Shown here: positions 47,801 to 59,013 of the stretch, piece after piece
Layout: each line of letters opens with the position of its first letter
Numbering within the stretch: the first letter of the stretch is position 1
Source: Corallochytrium limacisporum Hawaii
Taxonomy: Eukaryota; Protista; Pluriformea
Assembly: GCA_002811645.1 (NCBI GenBank)
Contig: PDIP01000064.1
Location: forward strand, 191,188-255,187
Direction of reading: 5' to 3'
DNA length: 64,000 nt
Notes under the pieces: model-generated
What the model was told of the DNA's origin: nothing
Database searches by the model: none
The model's input: only the letters and a program-made list of their open reading frames with translations
Translations under genes and position numbers: made by a program

Positions 47801-48301
47801 GCCGCTGCACACCAACCGTCTCCTATGCAGGCCAAGGCACCGACCGGCTCCTCTCAGGATGTCCGTAACGACATTGCCGCACGCGTCGCGGCCATGGGAG
47901 GTATGGGTAGACCCCCACAACAGCTCCAGCAGCAGCAGCAGCAACAGCCTCGCCACCACCACCAACCCGCGGCTACGAATGGAGGTCCCCGGGCCGTGCC
48001 TGGCGTGACCGCGGGCCAGGGTGGAGGGCGCCTAGCACCGCAGCAAAAGACACCCAATTCGCTTAGCCCAGGCGGATCACCTGCCCCGGCGAAGAAGCGC
48101 AAGCCTCCGCCGCCCGTGCCCAAACGCCGCACACCGAAGGTCCGCGCGATCTACGACTACGAAGCCCAGGATGCGGACGAATTGAGCTTCGCCGCCGGAA
48201 CAGAGATTGAGCTGCGCAAGGAGGACCCGAGCGGCTGGTGGGAAGGCAGGCTGAATGGCAAGGTCGGACTTTTCCCTGGGAACTACGTAGAGAAGCTCTA
48301 G
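44843..48301 (+). CDS. MYO1: Long-tailed class I myosin (MYO1E/F-like): motor, IQ, TH1, Q/P/A-rich region, SH3
   Basis: [54 protein letters not shown]-site GRRNSIY, SH3 [15 protein letters not shown]...WWEG...GLFPGNYV. Confidence 0.98.
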   Translation: MADFQAKQKAIAGVDDMVLLSNVNEKAILENLKKRHFAKLMFCYIGPVLVAVNPFQQLPYFTDREVDQYQGIPPHENPPHIYAVADSMFRNMLIDRENQCVIISGESGAGKTVSAKFIMNYLAQVSGGGGDAQHVKSVVLESNPLLEAFGNAKTLRNNNSSRFGKYFEIGFSVAGAPNGGKINQFLLEKSRVVGVQKGERTFHIFYQLSKGASPQQREVLGVDGKMDYFRYLAQSTCYDADGIDDVKEFQDTQRAMGVMGIDDGTQMEILKIVAGILHLGNITFIEDGNNAQVADMGFLDFPAYLLGIDSQSLNAKLTTRRIETRSAGRRNSIYDSPLNVEQAGFTRDALAKAVYARMFDWLIEAVNRALGNHNFDLSIGVLDIYGFEIFDKNGFEQFCINFVNEKLQQIFIELTLKQEQEEYNREGIKWTPIDYFNNKIVCDLIEGKSPPGLSLILDDVCKTMHAQSDGADIKFVQKASMGVPNNPRFQTLNTGFVIQHYAGNVTYEADGFVEKNRDTLYKDLVELMQMSQSTFIRNLFPDVLDDDKKTKITFGTKIRRQANELVETLMKAQPSYIRCIKPNDTLKPGDFEDRRVSHQIKYLGLKENIRVRRAGFAYRPFFDKFLRRYAILSNRTFPYWTGDPIEGCKIILTAANMDPAEWQIGKTKLFVKSPESLFMLEELRERKYNGYAKKIQRAWRRWNNEKYYLELRQKALTVLGGRKQRHRNTINRFFVSDYIGYMDNKVLQSFVGKKERVGFADKVTLYDKKFQTSKADLMIGERIVYIVGLEKAKEGPNKGKLQRVLKHKLACTGIASIDISTRPDGFILIHPVNPDPKHPVYDILLESVFKTEFLVVLTEVFQKALQRNPPLNFTDNMEMSVKKKLLDRSGKRAITFVAGSMPNAVVRSHGTKGATIEVADGLPADSKPTRNRRPAKERKAEDRFQGGAPPPEVNYYQQRMQQQQQQPQPHRPAAPMAAAAAAHQPPAAAHQPSPMQAKAPTGSSQDVRNDIAARVAAMGGMGRPPQQLQQQQQQQPRHHHQPAATNGGPRAVPGVTAGQGGGRLAPQQKTPNSLSPGGSPAPAKKRKPPPPVPKRRTPKVRAIYDYEAQDADELSFAAGTEIELRKEDPSGWWEGRLNGKVGLFPGNYVEKL

Positions 48302-48503
48302 ACATCCAAGCCAAAGGATGCAGATTCATAAGAGGAGTGCGACGTCAGGGAACAAGTCGGAAGAAATCACACCGCACAAAATGAGAACGAAATCAATCCC
48401 CTAACTTTCATCTGTAACTTACAGTTATAGGATGACCGTAAGAATATATAAAATGCACTTTGTCTAAAGCAATAATGATGTTATTGTCTATGTGTGGTTG
48501 CAC

Positions 48504-49619
48504 TTAGCGTGACACAGCGCCGTCAGGAGGGCTACCATCGTTGGCTGCATCGTTGCAGATTTCCCTTCCGAGCGCATCGTTACCCGGTGTGCCGAGCTCA
48601 TACTGGCAGTAATTGACCGAAAATTCTGAAAATTGGGAGAACTGCTGCAAGCGCTTCGCGTAACCGGCAACGGGATTCTCGCTGGTTAACTTATGGGCGT
48701 TGCCGTATAACCAGTTACTAAATATGTTGAGAACGAATTTCTTGGGCCGGAACACATCCACCACCCGCGCAATCAGGTCATCGTAGTTCTTCATGTGGAT
48801 GTTGCACTCAAAGCTGACGTAAGAGAAGTCATCCTGTGGTGTTACGTGGATGGTGAAGTAAACCTCATCTTTGATAGCGTTTGCCGAGTAGCCGCATGGC
48901 TCAAACAGTACGTCATCCAGTTTGGCACCGGGAAGGATATCTGCAATGCCAGATTTGATGGTTACTTGGCGAGCGGTCATTTCATGGCCCTTGATCTTTC
49001 CATCTGTTTGTCCTGGCGCGGCTTGTGACTTGTAGAACTGTTGCATCTTCTCGGGGTCCAGCTCACTCATGAGCAGCTCGAAGCTGACATCTGCCTCCGC
49101 GAATTCCCGTTCGACCTTATCCAGTGTGTAAAGGTACCAAGTATCCTTGTTGACCTTACCCAGAGAGTAGCCCGCGCCGTGCTTAAAGTATTGATCCAGG
49201 TAATTCACTTCATATTCAAACTGTCGATGAGGCTCCAGCTGTGCCTCCGGTCGCAGGAAGGCTGCGCGACTGTAGAATATGTCGAGTACATCAGTGATGC
49301 CGCACTCCTCTTTGGCCAGTTCCAGCAATTTGGGCACGCAGTAGAGCAGTGTGGTTGTGCCGCAGGTCTTGAGAATAACCCGATTACGGCTCACAAACAG
49401 ACTGCTCTCACTCAGAACGTAAGCATCGTAGTAATCATTGTGAATACTACTCAAGATCGTACATTTCGCATTCTCCAAGAACACCTGCCAACGGTCCTTG
49501 GTGATTTGACGCAGGCCATCTTCACCTCTTGTGTGCGTAGATCCATCCGGGGTTTTGAACCAAACTTCCAAGAGCTTTTCGCGACCTTCAAAAAATTCGT
49601 GTTCCTCGTTCGAGGCCAT
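48504..49619 (-). CDS. AMD1: S-adenosylmethionine decarboxylase proenzyme (eukaryotic type)
   Basis: FFEGREKLLEVWF, YVLSE/SSLFV autocleavage site, LKTCGTT, FEPCGYSAN, TIHVTPQ..FSYVSFE. Confidence 0.97.
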   Translation of the reverse strand: MASNEEHEFFEGREKLLEVWFKTPDGSTHTRGEDGLRQITKDRWQVFLENAKCTILSSIHNDYYDAYVLSESSLFVSRNRVILKTCGTTTLLYCVPKLLELAKEECGITDVLDIFYSRAAFLRPEAQLEPHRQFEYEVNYLDQYFKHGAGYSLGKVNKDTWYLYTLDKVEREFAEADVSFELLMSELDPEKMQQFYKSQAAPGQTDGKIKGHEMTARQVTIKSGIADILPGAKLDDVLFEPCGYSANAIKDEVYFTIHVTPQDDFSYVSFECNIHMKNYDDLIARVVDVFRPKKFVLNIFSNWLYGNAHKLTSENPVAGYAKRLQQFSQFSEFSVNYCQYELGTPGNDALGREICNDAANDGSPPDGAVSR

Positions 49620-49709
49620 TGTGTTCCGTGCTGTATACTAAACAAACGATGCTGTCTGCAAATTATGGGTTCCTTCCGCGGAGTTTTACATATGCTTCGA
49701 CTCGGGATG

Positions 49710-49724
49710 TCAGGAGCCCTCCAT
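49710..49724 (-). promoter_or_regulatory. Four-codon uORF (M-E-G-S-stop) in the AMD1 leader ending in a UCC-UGA-C antizyme-type +1 shift context
   Basis: Minus strand reads gccacaATG GAG GGC TCC TGA CAT CCC; strong Kozak context; 105 nt upstream of the main ATG. Confidence 0.7.
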
Positions 49725-49747
49725 TGTGGCGGTTGGTCAATAGGAAC

Positions 49748-49758
49748 TTTTATTTATA
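49748..49758 (-). promoter_or_regulatory. Candidate TATA box of AMD1
   Basis: TATAAATAAAA on the minus strand, beginning 34 nt upstream of the uORF ATG. Confidence 0.45.
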
Positions 49759-50165
49759 ATCGCCGGGTTGTCACTGAATTCTCTAATTCTTGTTGTCTTC
49801 TTCTCCGAAAAAAGATTTATTTTAGGCACCAGTTCCCAAATACCCGCATTATGGCAACAGATCAAGGTGTACCTGAAGTTTACCATTTATTTGCCATAGA
49901 TGGTGACTCCGTGAAGCACCATAGTACGCCAGGAAGGTTTTCACAAACGGCCACTTTCAGTCCGTGACATCCCTGTATGAGAGCTCCTCTTCGCCAACCC
50001 ACAATACACACAAGCGGTTGACCATTTTTCAGAAACCCACCCGCTTAGTGTTGTCACTTACTCGCACGTTCAAATCATGGCACACAAATAACACACAGGC
50101 CCACAGTAACGATTGTCTTTCTATCCGCAAAAGGAAGGAAAGGAGTGCCTACTGCCACAGTGTGT

Positions 50166-50167
<2 letters not shown>

Positions 50168-50239
<72 letters not shown>
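50168..50239. repeat. (GT)36 microsatellite
   Basis: Directly visible perfect dinucleotide run. Confidence 0.99.
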
Positions 50240-50241
<2 letters not shown>

Positions 50242-53200
50242 TGCGGCAGAGTTCAGATGTGTGTATGTCAGCGCTTGCATACATTGATCTGCTGCACGGC
50301 TGTACTTAAGGTCCAGTAAACCATAATGAATCTATGGCACTTTACATCGGCTGTCCAACCAGGGTGGGCCGAAGTGGCCTATTCCGGCAAGGTTCAATAC
50401 TGAATGTAAAGAAATCACATAGCACAAACGATTGTCCCAAAGCCTGTATGGTCACGTGGATTGTAAACACAGAGCGGTTAGAATGGGGGCCTATTTATAT
50501 TGTCGGGAGTCTAATTTAATTTTCTGTGATGAATTCAGCAAGAAATATTGGAAGAAATCGACTCCCGTTGGGAACATTTTGTGGTCCTCGAAGAATTCCG
50601 AGGGCTGGGCATGGAAGCAGTTCAGGTTGCACCCGCTATGGCATCCCCCAATCAACATGTTTCTTGTGGTAGTGGTGACGATGTCAGATGCCTGTAGGAC
50701 TTTCAGGGAGCTATTTCTGAAAACAATGCTAACTGTTACGATGGTCAAAGTACCGGTGAATCTTGCAGCCATTGTATGGTGCATCCGCACGGGAGCAATC
50801 TCCTGGGTACACCACATTAGAACGGTTGCTGCCCAATGTTCCATTCGGGGTTTGCTCAGATCTCATTCCTTATTCTGAATTGACCTGAGGTACGGACGCT
50901 CCTCCGGCAACTTTGTCCGAATGTCCCATGCGGAAGTTGTAACTCAGACAGGGCAACAGCACCAGCATGGTGCGCTGTGCTCAGGCATTCTGCGTGGTGA
51001 ACCCTGGTGACCGCATACACACCGTGTTTATCAAGGAGAATATCTGGCTATCACTATCTTCCCTTCCCCGTGGATACTCTATTCTTTCCGGACACAGCGA
51101 GTAGGTGGCGGAAGACCCCTGTCAGAACTACTTGCACACAATGCAAGCCCATTGCCCATCTCCTGACATGAAGAAAATTACAAACGATTGAGTGCCCTAT
51201 GAGTTAGTGGATCGGGTTAGGCAATCGAGATAATCAGTGGCATCATCGTCTACGACTTCCCTCAATGTCCCTTATCGTTGCACCCGCGCGGGATCATCCA
51301 TACTCGAGACACCATGTTACATGTCATGTTTCAGCATTCTTGCCTTACAGATTGAATTCTCAAGTCTTACACTGTGATGATAAATCAGGACACAACCCAG
51401 GCATTCAAACCCAATTGTCCGCACACAATTACAGCCGTCGAGTGTTCCCGGGTGCTCCATTGACGTACTTACCACAGCTGCAGCCTACATTTACTAAAGT
51501 TGTCTGTGTGAAACTGTGGACCCTGCTGCTTCATCATCCTGCTAATTCACCACCAGAAGAACGAGAGGACGATCGTCATAATACGTAGACCACAGTAAGG
51601 TATTGGCATACCATAGGCATGTCAAACCTGCCACTGCCCTCGAGCTATCTGAGCTCTGAAATTCCCATCTTGCGGTCCCTTTCCTCGCTCAACTAGTGGC
51701 TACGGTGCGTGTGGCACGATCAGATGGTACCAGCATTTTCCGCCACTTTGGGTTGTGGACGCATTGGAATCTGCAGCAACACCCGGTGCCTGGTAATGCA
51801 ATTGAGACCCGTAGGGTCGGGTGCAGGTGAAAATGGAGACCTGTCCCAGATCTTTGCCACCGCGGCGGTGTTCGAACGAGCACGCATCGTATCCCCGTTT
51901 TATATTTCTGAACGTCAGAATAGTTGGTTGCAGCGCGGGGACATTTTGAAGTGCAGAAGCATTGGAACTAATTATACTGTAGTAATGGCATCCAAATTTG
52001 TGTATGCAGCGGTGCATTATCTACGTGCACGCCCCCTTATTGTGGGATGCTGAGGATCATGAGATCGACAGCACTCCAAAAGCGAAACAAAATTACTCAC
52101 AAAAGTACGGTCACAACGGACCACTCTTCTCCTCGGTCTGACAGTAAACTTTTGGGGAGAAGAATGAGGGGGGACCGGAGAGGATCAGAGCGAGACGGAC
52201 GGAGAAGGGAGAGAGGGGCAGGTCACGATTGCTGGGTGGCGGCCGGATGGTGCGGGCGCGCACCAATGGAAAAACATGGAAATACTTCCGGGAGTATTTC
52301 CCTACCCTCCCACCCGGCAGGTATACCCCGGGTGCCCAAGGGGGAGGGGGGGGGGGCAATTCTGCCGCTGTTCCTTATTTCTAAGTATTTCTTCTTCGGT
52401 GTTGTGTGGAGAAGTTAGAAATGGGGGATCTCCATACTAAATATACTGCAATAATGGCCAATGGAATCCTAGTGCTGAGAGTGTTACCAGTACAAACCGT
52501 AGGCGGATCGGACCCAAAATGAGCGGGAGCAGCTATTGGACACACTCTTCATCACTGAGAAGAGTTTCGGGTGACTGGTGGTGGTGGTGGTGGTGGTCAG
52601 GGGTGGCAATAAAAACACTGGCCTCCCGAAAACCGTTTGGTTATAAAAGGCCAGTCGAGGAGGGGTGTGTGTGTGTGTATGTGCGTGTAACACACCGTAA
52701 GCAGAAAAGCAGTTCTGCTGTCGGTAGCACAAGACCCCACGAATATTCATTTAGCTCCCTATGCGTTTTGCCCCCCCCCCTTCTCCCCCCGGGGCTTCAA
52801 TATTCTGATCTCAGATTTTTAGTTTAGCCTGGTTTTTTTTGCAATTTTTGGTGCAGAGGGAGTCTGCGATTTGACCATATTCTTCAGTGCTTTGCCTGAA
52901 AAAGGCAATACTGAGGGATCTGGAGGTAGGAGCGCCCCATTTTCGAAAAAATTGAAACGAGCAAAAAGGAAGGTAGAAAAAAAGGAAGGAGGGGGGGGGA
53001 GAACACAGCAGAGATTGGGCACTCCGGAACGGACCACTCACGGGGCTTGAGGAGTAGTAGAGGGGGGCGCGGCCGTAGTTGTGCACATTCGTCAAGGGAC
53101 CCCCCGTGGAATAAAAAGTCGGGCGGGAATATGGGGTAGGAAACATGCAGTGCGCTTGTGCGAGATCTTGCACGGACTCGAGGCGGTGGCATGGAGAAGA

Positions 53201-55624
53201 AGAGAGAGAGAGCGAGAGAGAGAGAGAGCGCGAACGCGAATGAAGAGTGAGCAGACCGTGACTGAATATGGACCTAGGCACCTGCCAACTTCGTGTTTTA
53301 TTTAGTGTCGCGATTTGCGGACCGATGTCGGGATCTGTGCATCTTCAGAACATGCGCCATCTAGCGTGTATTCGGCAGATCCGCAAGCGCTGCGATCGAA
53401 TGCGAGGATGTTGGCGGAAGCTGAGATACTAATGTACACACAGATAGCCAGTGATACCGGAGTGTGCAGACGGCGATTTGTACAATGAAAGACCTGTAGT
53501 CCGGTTTCATCACAACAATTCTTTAATCGCTCGCTCCGCACAGCACCTGCTAAGTTAAGCTTGGTAGCTATTATCCTGTCCATACTTGGACTATACTGAG
53601 TCCCTTGGAAGACGAAAGGGTGCCTGGCCTTTTTTGGTTTTTTCAATGCACATCCCAATCAATGGTGTCCCTTCCCACTGATCGGTGGGTATCCCGTCAC
53701 CCTGCCTCTGTAATTGATCTTAGGCAACCCGTAAACGTAGCACCTTGGGTAGAAAATATATAGAATCCCGCCTCATGGAATGTAAACATACGATTTCCGA
53801 ATGAAAAAAAATACACAACACAGCAGAGCCCCGGTGGTTTTGTAGCGGCCACGGGCTCCCCCCCAACCCTCTACGATTCCATTTTTCCCCGTCTACAGTC
53901 GCCGAGCACCTGACGAGCTGGTTCTTTCTTTTTCTTTTTCTTTTGGTGCAGTGTTCGCGTTCTGAAAAACTTCGGAAAGGCGAAACTGATGAACAGGTCA
54001 CGATACACGCAACACTGCACCGTTGGTAAGACAATGTCCGCAGAGCTCGAGCCGGAAAGGGGAGCAGATGAATAAAGGACAGTCCGGGGTGGCTACAAAG
54101 GCTGGGGCGGTTGGCACTTGGACAAGACGAAGCCCCCAAGGGGGAATCGGTGCGCCGCGCTTCATGAACAAAGCATTCCTTCGCCCTGGCCCTCCCCCTC
54201 CCCCCTTCCCTTCCACACTCTTTCTGCCGTTGCAGCGTATCCCAATCTGAAGCGAATTCAATGGATATGAATGAAAGGTATGTAAACACAAGGCAACGAC
54301 AGAAGGTTGGGGTGCGCAGTTAAAGAAGAAGAAAAAAGAAAAACCAGGACGCAACACTTCCCCTCCAACCGCCCTCCCCCTCTCCTCCCCTCGTTTTCAA
54401 CTCTTCGCGTCTCCCAGCGCTCCGGTTCCGTTTCGTTTTTATCGGCTGAGCACGAACAAATGACCTGGCGTCTGGCGCGTGTGTACACTCACACGCACAG
54501 AGCGCTTTGCTCTTCTCAATCAGATCAGATGGTAAAGTTTAGGGGTATAATTGATATCCTAATTCGCATACTGGTTCATAACAAGTGAATATGACATGGT
54601 GGGCGCGAAGCGATCAAAGAAGGAGACTGGGCGAGCAAAACACAATATCATCACGGGTCCACCTGTCCCACGCGATCTGATTCCTGTTGTATACAGAAGA
54701 GTGTGGGGGAGGCTCAAATAGGTCTGTTCCGACATCCTACACTGTTCCAATACATAATGTACACGTACCAAAAGAGGAAGAGGTGGTGATGGCGTATTAT
54801 TTAACCAAGACCACGATGGGGAGGTTCGATTTATTCACGCAGATGCATTCCACATTGTTCCGCGAATGCTCCTCATTCTGACACCGCTTATCTTTGTGTT
54901 CTTCCACTCCCCCACCCCTCCCCCACCTGCCCCTCCGCTCCGGTGTCCCCCCCCACCTCCGCTCCGCCCCGTGCTCTGCCGCCTTCATTTACATACAAAC
55001 ACAACGGGTAGAACCACCTAAACAAAACTGAAACTATTCCCAACCCACGGAATTTGGTCGCTCAGCAGTTTTTCCCGAAGACTGTTGTTTGCTTTTTCGC
55101 CACCCCCCCTCCTTGGCTGGTGATTATCGAAACAATTTTTTCCCTCCTTTCTCATTTCTGGTTTTACGGTGATTGGGGTTTGCCTATGGCCAAAGTTGGT
55201 CTTTCTTTTTCGGTGGTGAGTTTGGTATGTAAATTTTTTTCCTGCTTCTGTCTCCTGTGCGCCTTGCTACGCAATCCAATCTTCCCTGTGGGCTTTTTGA
55301 CGTATGTTTGCAGCGAGGGAGCTTTTCTACGTACAGACTCCTTCTCGTCCATACGGACCCATCTTGGATACAGAAAGCCTTGGGTATAGAAAATATACCC
55401 CGAAATATTGTCGCAGTCTCACTGACGGAACAATATTTTCGTCTGAGGTGCGATAGTTTGGGGTGGTTGGCATGACGGATGAAATGGCAAGGAGGGGGCC
55501 ACTGGGAAAGGGGCAAAAAGACCAAAGGGGGACCCCGCCCGACCGTTCTTGGGAGGTTGGGGAGAGGGGGAGGAGGGAGCGAGAGGCGGTTCTGGGTAAA
55601 GGGGGGGAAAGACCGCGGCCCCGG

Positions 55625-55915
55625 NNNNNNNNNNNNNNNNNNNNNNNNNNNNNNNNNNNNNNNNNNNNNNNNNNNNNNNNNNNNNNNNNNNNNNNNNNNN
55701 NNNNNNNNNNNNNNNNNNNNNNNNNNNNNNNNNNNNNNNNNNNNNNNNNNNNNNNNNNNNNNNNNNNNNNNNNNNNNNNNNNNNNNNNNNNNNNNNNNNN
55801 NNNNNNNNNNNNNNNNNNNNNNNNNNNNNNNNNNNNNNNNNNNNNNNNNNNNNNNNNNNNNNNNNNNNNNNNNNNNNNNNNNNNNNNNNNNNNNNNNNNN
55901 NNNNNNNNNNNNNNN
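55625..55915. other. Assembly gap in a G/purine-rich tract
   Basis: N run. Confidence 1.
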
Positions 55916-56394
55916 GGAGGAAGAGAGGGGGAAGCAGCAGAAGAAGAAGGAAGAGAAAAAGAAAGAGGAAGGAAAAGGGGGATGGAGGGGGGGGGAGAAG
56001 GGGAATGTGGGTTGGAACGAAATGAGTGAGGCTGAGACTGTGCACGAGAAACTTCAGGTCCGGAAGTTCTGCAATTGCAGCAGGTGAGTTCGGAAAAAAT
56101 TGTACCCGATGAGATTGGCCGGCCGCTCGTGTCTCTTTAAAGTCTTGCTGACCCCCCTGTAGACATACTCTGCCCGAGAGGAAAATCGCGTGTAACGAAT
56201 CCCCGGACGTATCGGGCCCGACCATACAAAGCATCACCAGACGTAACCGATGTCACAATGATGAGTTACGTAGTGCCTTCAGTTGGACAAGAGCTGGCTT
56301 CACCAAGGTATAATAGTGATCATATTCAAAATCACATTGGACATGGAAGGTGCGTTGGAAACCACATAGTTATAGATCAATACAAGACGCAAAC

Positions 56395-58797
56395 ATGCCT
56401 TCCAAGATACTATTGGTATCCTGGGGTCTGGCCGCTCTGTGCGCTGCATGCAGTGGCCTTCCCGCACTTACAGAAAGCGAAATCACCCTCCCTGGTACGG
56501 GCAATAGCACAACAGAATGGATCGACACCTCAATCCCTTTTGACTACCACCCTGAACACAGACGTCGGGCGGTTGTAGGAGAGACCGAGCTGTTCATTAT
56601 CGAACTACCCAATGCTGCAGAGACTGAGCAGGGTGTGCGTCTGATGCACAAGCACACAGAGGATCGCCGCCGTCGCAGTGCTGCGGGTGAGAAGTCTGCA
56701 GAACCTTCTGCTTGGCTGCGGTACAAGGAAGAAATGGTTCGCGGGGTTGAACTTGCGATCAACCAGCACAGTGTGCTGGGCGGGGCGGTACATGTCGTGA
56801 GTCGCCTGATCCACTCCGTGAGTCCCCGTATTGTGGTCAGTGTGGACAAGACTGCCGTATTGAGCCACAATGAAGTTGTTGACATGAACGACAAGGACCA
56901 GCCTGACCACGAGATCATTGTTGGGTTGCTGTCCTCCTTGCACGGTGTCCACGGCGTGCAGCGCGATCGCAACCTCGAGGGTGTCAAACTGGAGAGGCGC
57001 ATCCTTCAGTCCAGCCTACAGAATAACCTCGACAGTATCGATAACCGAGACTATGCTCTTAACGACTTTGCCTACTACTACACGTCAGGGGATGTGAGTA
57101 ACTACCAAAAGCTGGTGATGGTCGTCATCGACTCCGGTCTCAATGAGCACCAGGAGTTTGACGGAATGCGGGTCCAGCGTACAGCAATGGACGGCTTCAA
57201 TACCCCTGAAGACCAGTATGGTCATGGTACTGCAGTGGCATCCAATGCGGTGGGTTTTCTGATGGGCACAGCTCACACCCAGACGGCTCGTCAGAATGAC
57301 CCAATGCTGTGGACCATCAATGCCTCTAATCCGCTCACTGGTCTATACCCGTTCACTGTGGTCGTAACTGCCATGGACAGTGTGCAGAGGGAGTACGAAG
57401 CAAATGGTTCATGTGACAAAAGCTATGTTGTCAACCTCAGCCTCGCTGCACGCCGTGACAGCTCTACCTCAAGTGATGTCATGTCTGACTATATTCGGCA
57501 GATGGTTGAGTACAACAAAGCCAACTATCCCGGATGTGGACAGATCCACTTTACGGTCGCAGCAGGCAACGAGTCTGATGATGCTTGTATGTACACACCG
57601 GCCTTCATGCCTGAGGTCATCACTGTCGGTGGCCTGGAATCCAGCACCCCCACCGTGGCTGGCTTTTCCAACAGGGGCTCGTGCGTCGACATTAGCGCAA
57701 ACGGTGTGACGGGTGCCGCTCACTATGAGGGCTACACTAGCTACGGCACGTATACTGGCACAAGCTTCTCCGCGCCTCTTGTTGCTGGTACACTTCTGAA
57801 CATTCTGTCAGAGAACCCGAGGATGGATAGTAATGAACTGCGTGGACGAATGCTTCAGGATTCTGCCGGAACGAGCCGCGTGCATAGCATTACGTATATT
57901 GCCGACGGGGTGAACTGCCCCGCGGAATGTTCTCCACACATGCTCGGTGACAACACCTGCCAGGACGCGTGCCGCACCTGCCAGGGCGACGGTGGTGACT
58001 GCACATGCGCCAAGTCTTGTGACCAAGTAACGTGCACCGAAGACAACTTTGCCGCCACCTGTGGTGATCCGGATACCTCTGTGGAGCCCCCTACCTCGAC
58101 CGCGTCTTCCACAAGTCCCACCACGACTCCCACTAGCAGTCCAGACAGCTCTACCAGCGACAGCTCTACCAGCGACAGCTCTACCAGCGACAGCTCTACC
58201 AGCGACAGCTCTACCAGCGACAGCTCTACCAGCGACAGCTCTACCAGCGACAGTTCTACCAGTGACAGCTCCGCTACAGACCCTACTACTACTTCTACTT
58301 CTACCGATTCAACATCCAGTGGCACTCCCACCACTGAACCTACCACTACTCCGAGTGACCCTACCAGTACTGATAGTTCCACATCCACTAACAGTAGCTC
58401 CTCCAGCGATGGCAACACGACTACCCGCACGGACAGCACCAGCTCCGGGAAGCCTCCTTCCAGTACCACTACAAGCACTAGCAGCAACAGTGGCGACAGC
58501 AGCACGGACAGCTCCAGCACAGACACTTCTACTACTACTTCTACCAACAGCAGCAGCAGCCAAAACGGTAGCACTAACAGCACCAGCAGCACCACCACCA
58601 CCACCACCATCACTGATCCCACAGAAACCAACCCTGAAACCGCCGTGTCAACGAGTGTCAACGGTGGGCAAGGGAATGATAGCGGGAGTGATGACCCTGA
58701 TCTATCCGGGACCAATGGAAACAATGGTGCCGGTATCGTGTCACCGATGCGATCGCTTCTGATTGCATCTAGTATCTTACTTGCTTTCCTGGTCTAA
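56395..58797 (+). CDS. Secreted subtilisin-like (S8) serine protease with propeptide, LNR-like Cys module, S/T stalk and GPI signal
   Basis: Signal peptide MPSKILLVSWGLAALCAACSG; catalytic triad VIDSG, GHGTAVAS, GTSFSAP; oxyanion AAGN; VVNLSL; C-terminal hydrophobic tail. ATG at 56395. Confidence 0.93.
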   Translation: MPSKILLVSWGLAALCAACSGLPALTESEITLPGTGNSTTEWIDTSIPFDYHPEHRRRAVVGETELFIIELPNAAETEQGVRLMHKHTEDRRRRSAAGEKSAEPSAWLRYKEEMVRGVELAINQHSVLGGAVHVVSRLIHSVSPRIVVSVDKTAVLSHNEVVDMNDKDQPDHEIIVGLLSSLHGVHGVQRDRNLEGVKLERRILQSSLQNNLDSIDNRDYALNDFAYYYTSGDVSNYQKLVMVVIDSGLNEHQEFDGMRVQRTAMDGFNTPEDQYGHGTAVASNAVGFLMGTAHTQTARQNDPMLWTINASNPLTGLYPFTVVVTAMDSVQREYEANGSCDKSYVVNLSLAARRDSSTSSDVMSDYIRQMVEYNKANYPGCGQIHFTVAAGNESDDACMYTPAFMPEVITVGGLESSTPTVAGFSNRGSCVDISANGVTGAAHYEGYTSYGTYTGTSFSAPLVAGTLLNILSENPRMDSNELRGRMLQDSAGTSRVHSITYIADGVNCPAECSPHMLGDNTCQDACRTCQGDGGDCTCAKSCDQVTCTEDNFAATCGDPDTSVEPPTSTASSTSPTTTPTSSPDSSTSDSSTSDSSTSDSSTSDSSTSDSSTSDSSTSDSSTSDSSATDPTTTSTSTDSTSSGTPTTEPTTTPSDPTSTDSSTSTNSSSSSDGNTTTRTDSTSSGKPPSSTTTSTSSNSGDSSTDSSSTDTSTTTSTNSSSSQNGSTNSTSSTTTTTTITDPTETNPETAVSTSVNGGQGNDSGSDDPDLSGTNGNNGAGIVSPMRSLLIASSILLAFLV
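58144..58278 (+). repeat. Coding 15-bp minisatellite (GACAGCTCTACCAGC) x7 perfect plus 2 degenerate units, encoding (DSSTS)n
   Basis: Directly visible within the subtilisin stalk. Confidence 0.97.
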
Positions 58798-59013
58798 TTC
58801 AGGGTGCCCAAGTTTGATCTTTATTCCTGTAACATTCTTTAGTCCCTTAGAATCCATTCAGTATCATACCGTAAGCATCATAGCATCATATCATAGAAAT
58901 CCATCATAACATCGCATCATTATAAAAACATTACACAGACATAGAACAACCAAGCATGCTTCGCATAGCCATGGCAAATATGCAAGTACATACGTTTCAT
59001 GTAAGGAAACCTA

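Noticed and set aside
46847-47965. 372-aa antisense ORF inside myosin I (also 49041-49967, 57855-58724, 16597-17364, 21609-22271)
   Set aside because: Antisense shadows of codon-biased or repetitive genes, with no recognisable domains
48405-48503. Vertebrate-style AMD1 readthrough tail after the stop
   Set aside because: The stop is TAA-G and the in-frame extension is only about 32 codons
50300-56300. Possible decayed gene or mobile element between AMD1 and the subtilisin
   Set aside because: Short ORFs in all frames without recognisable homology or terminal repeats; cannot be supported without a search
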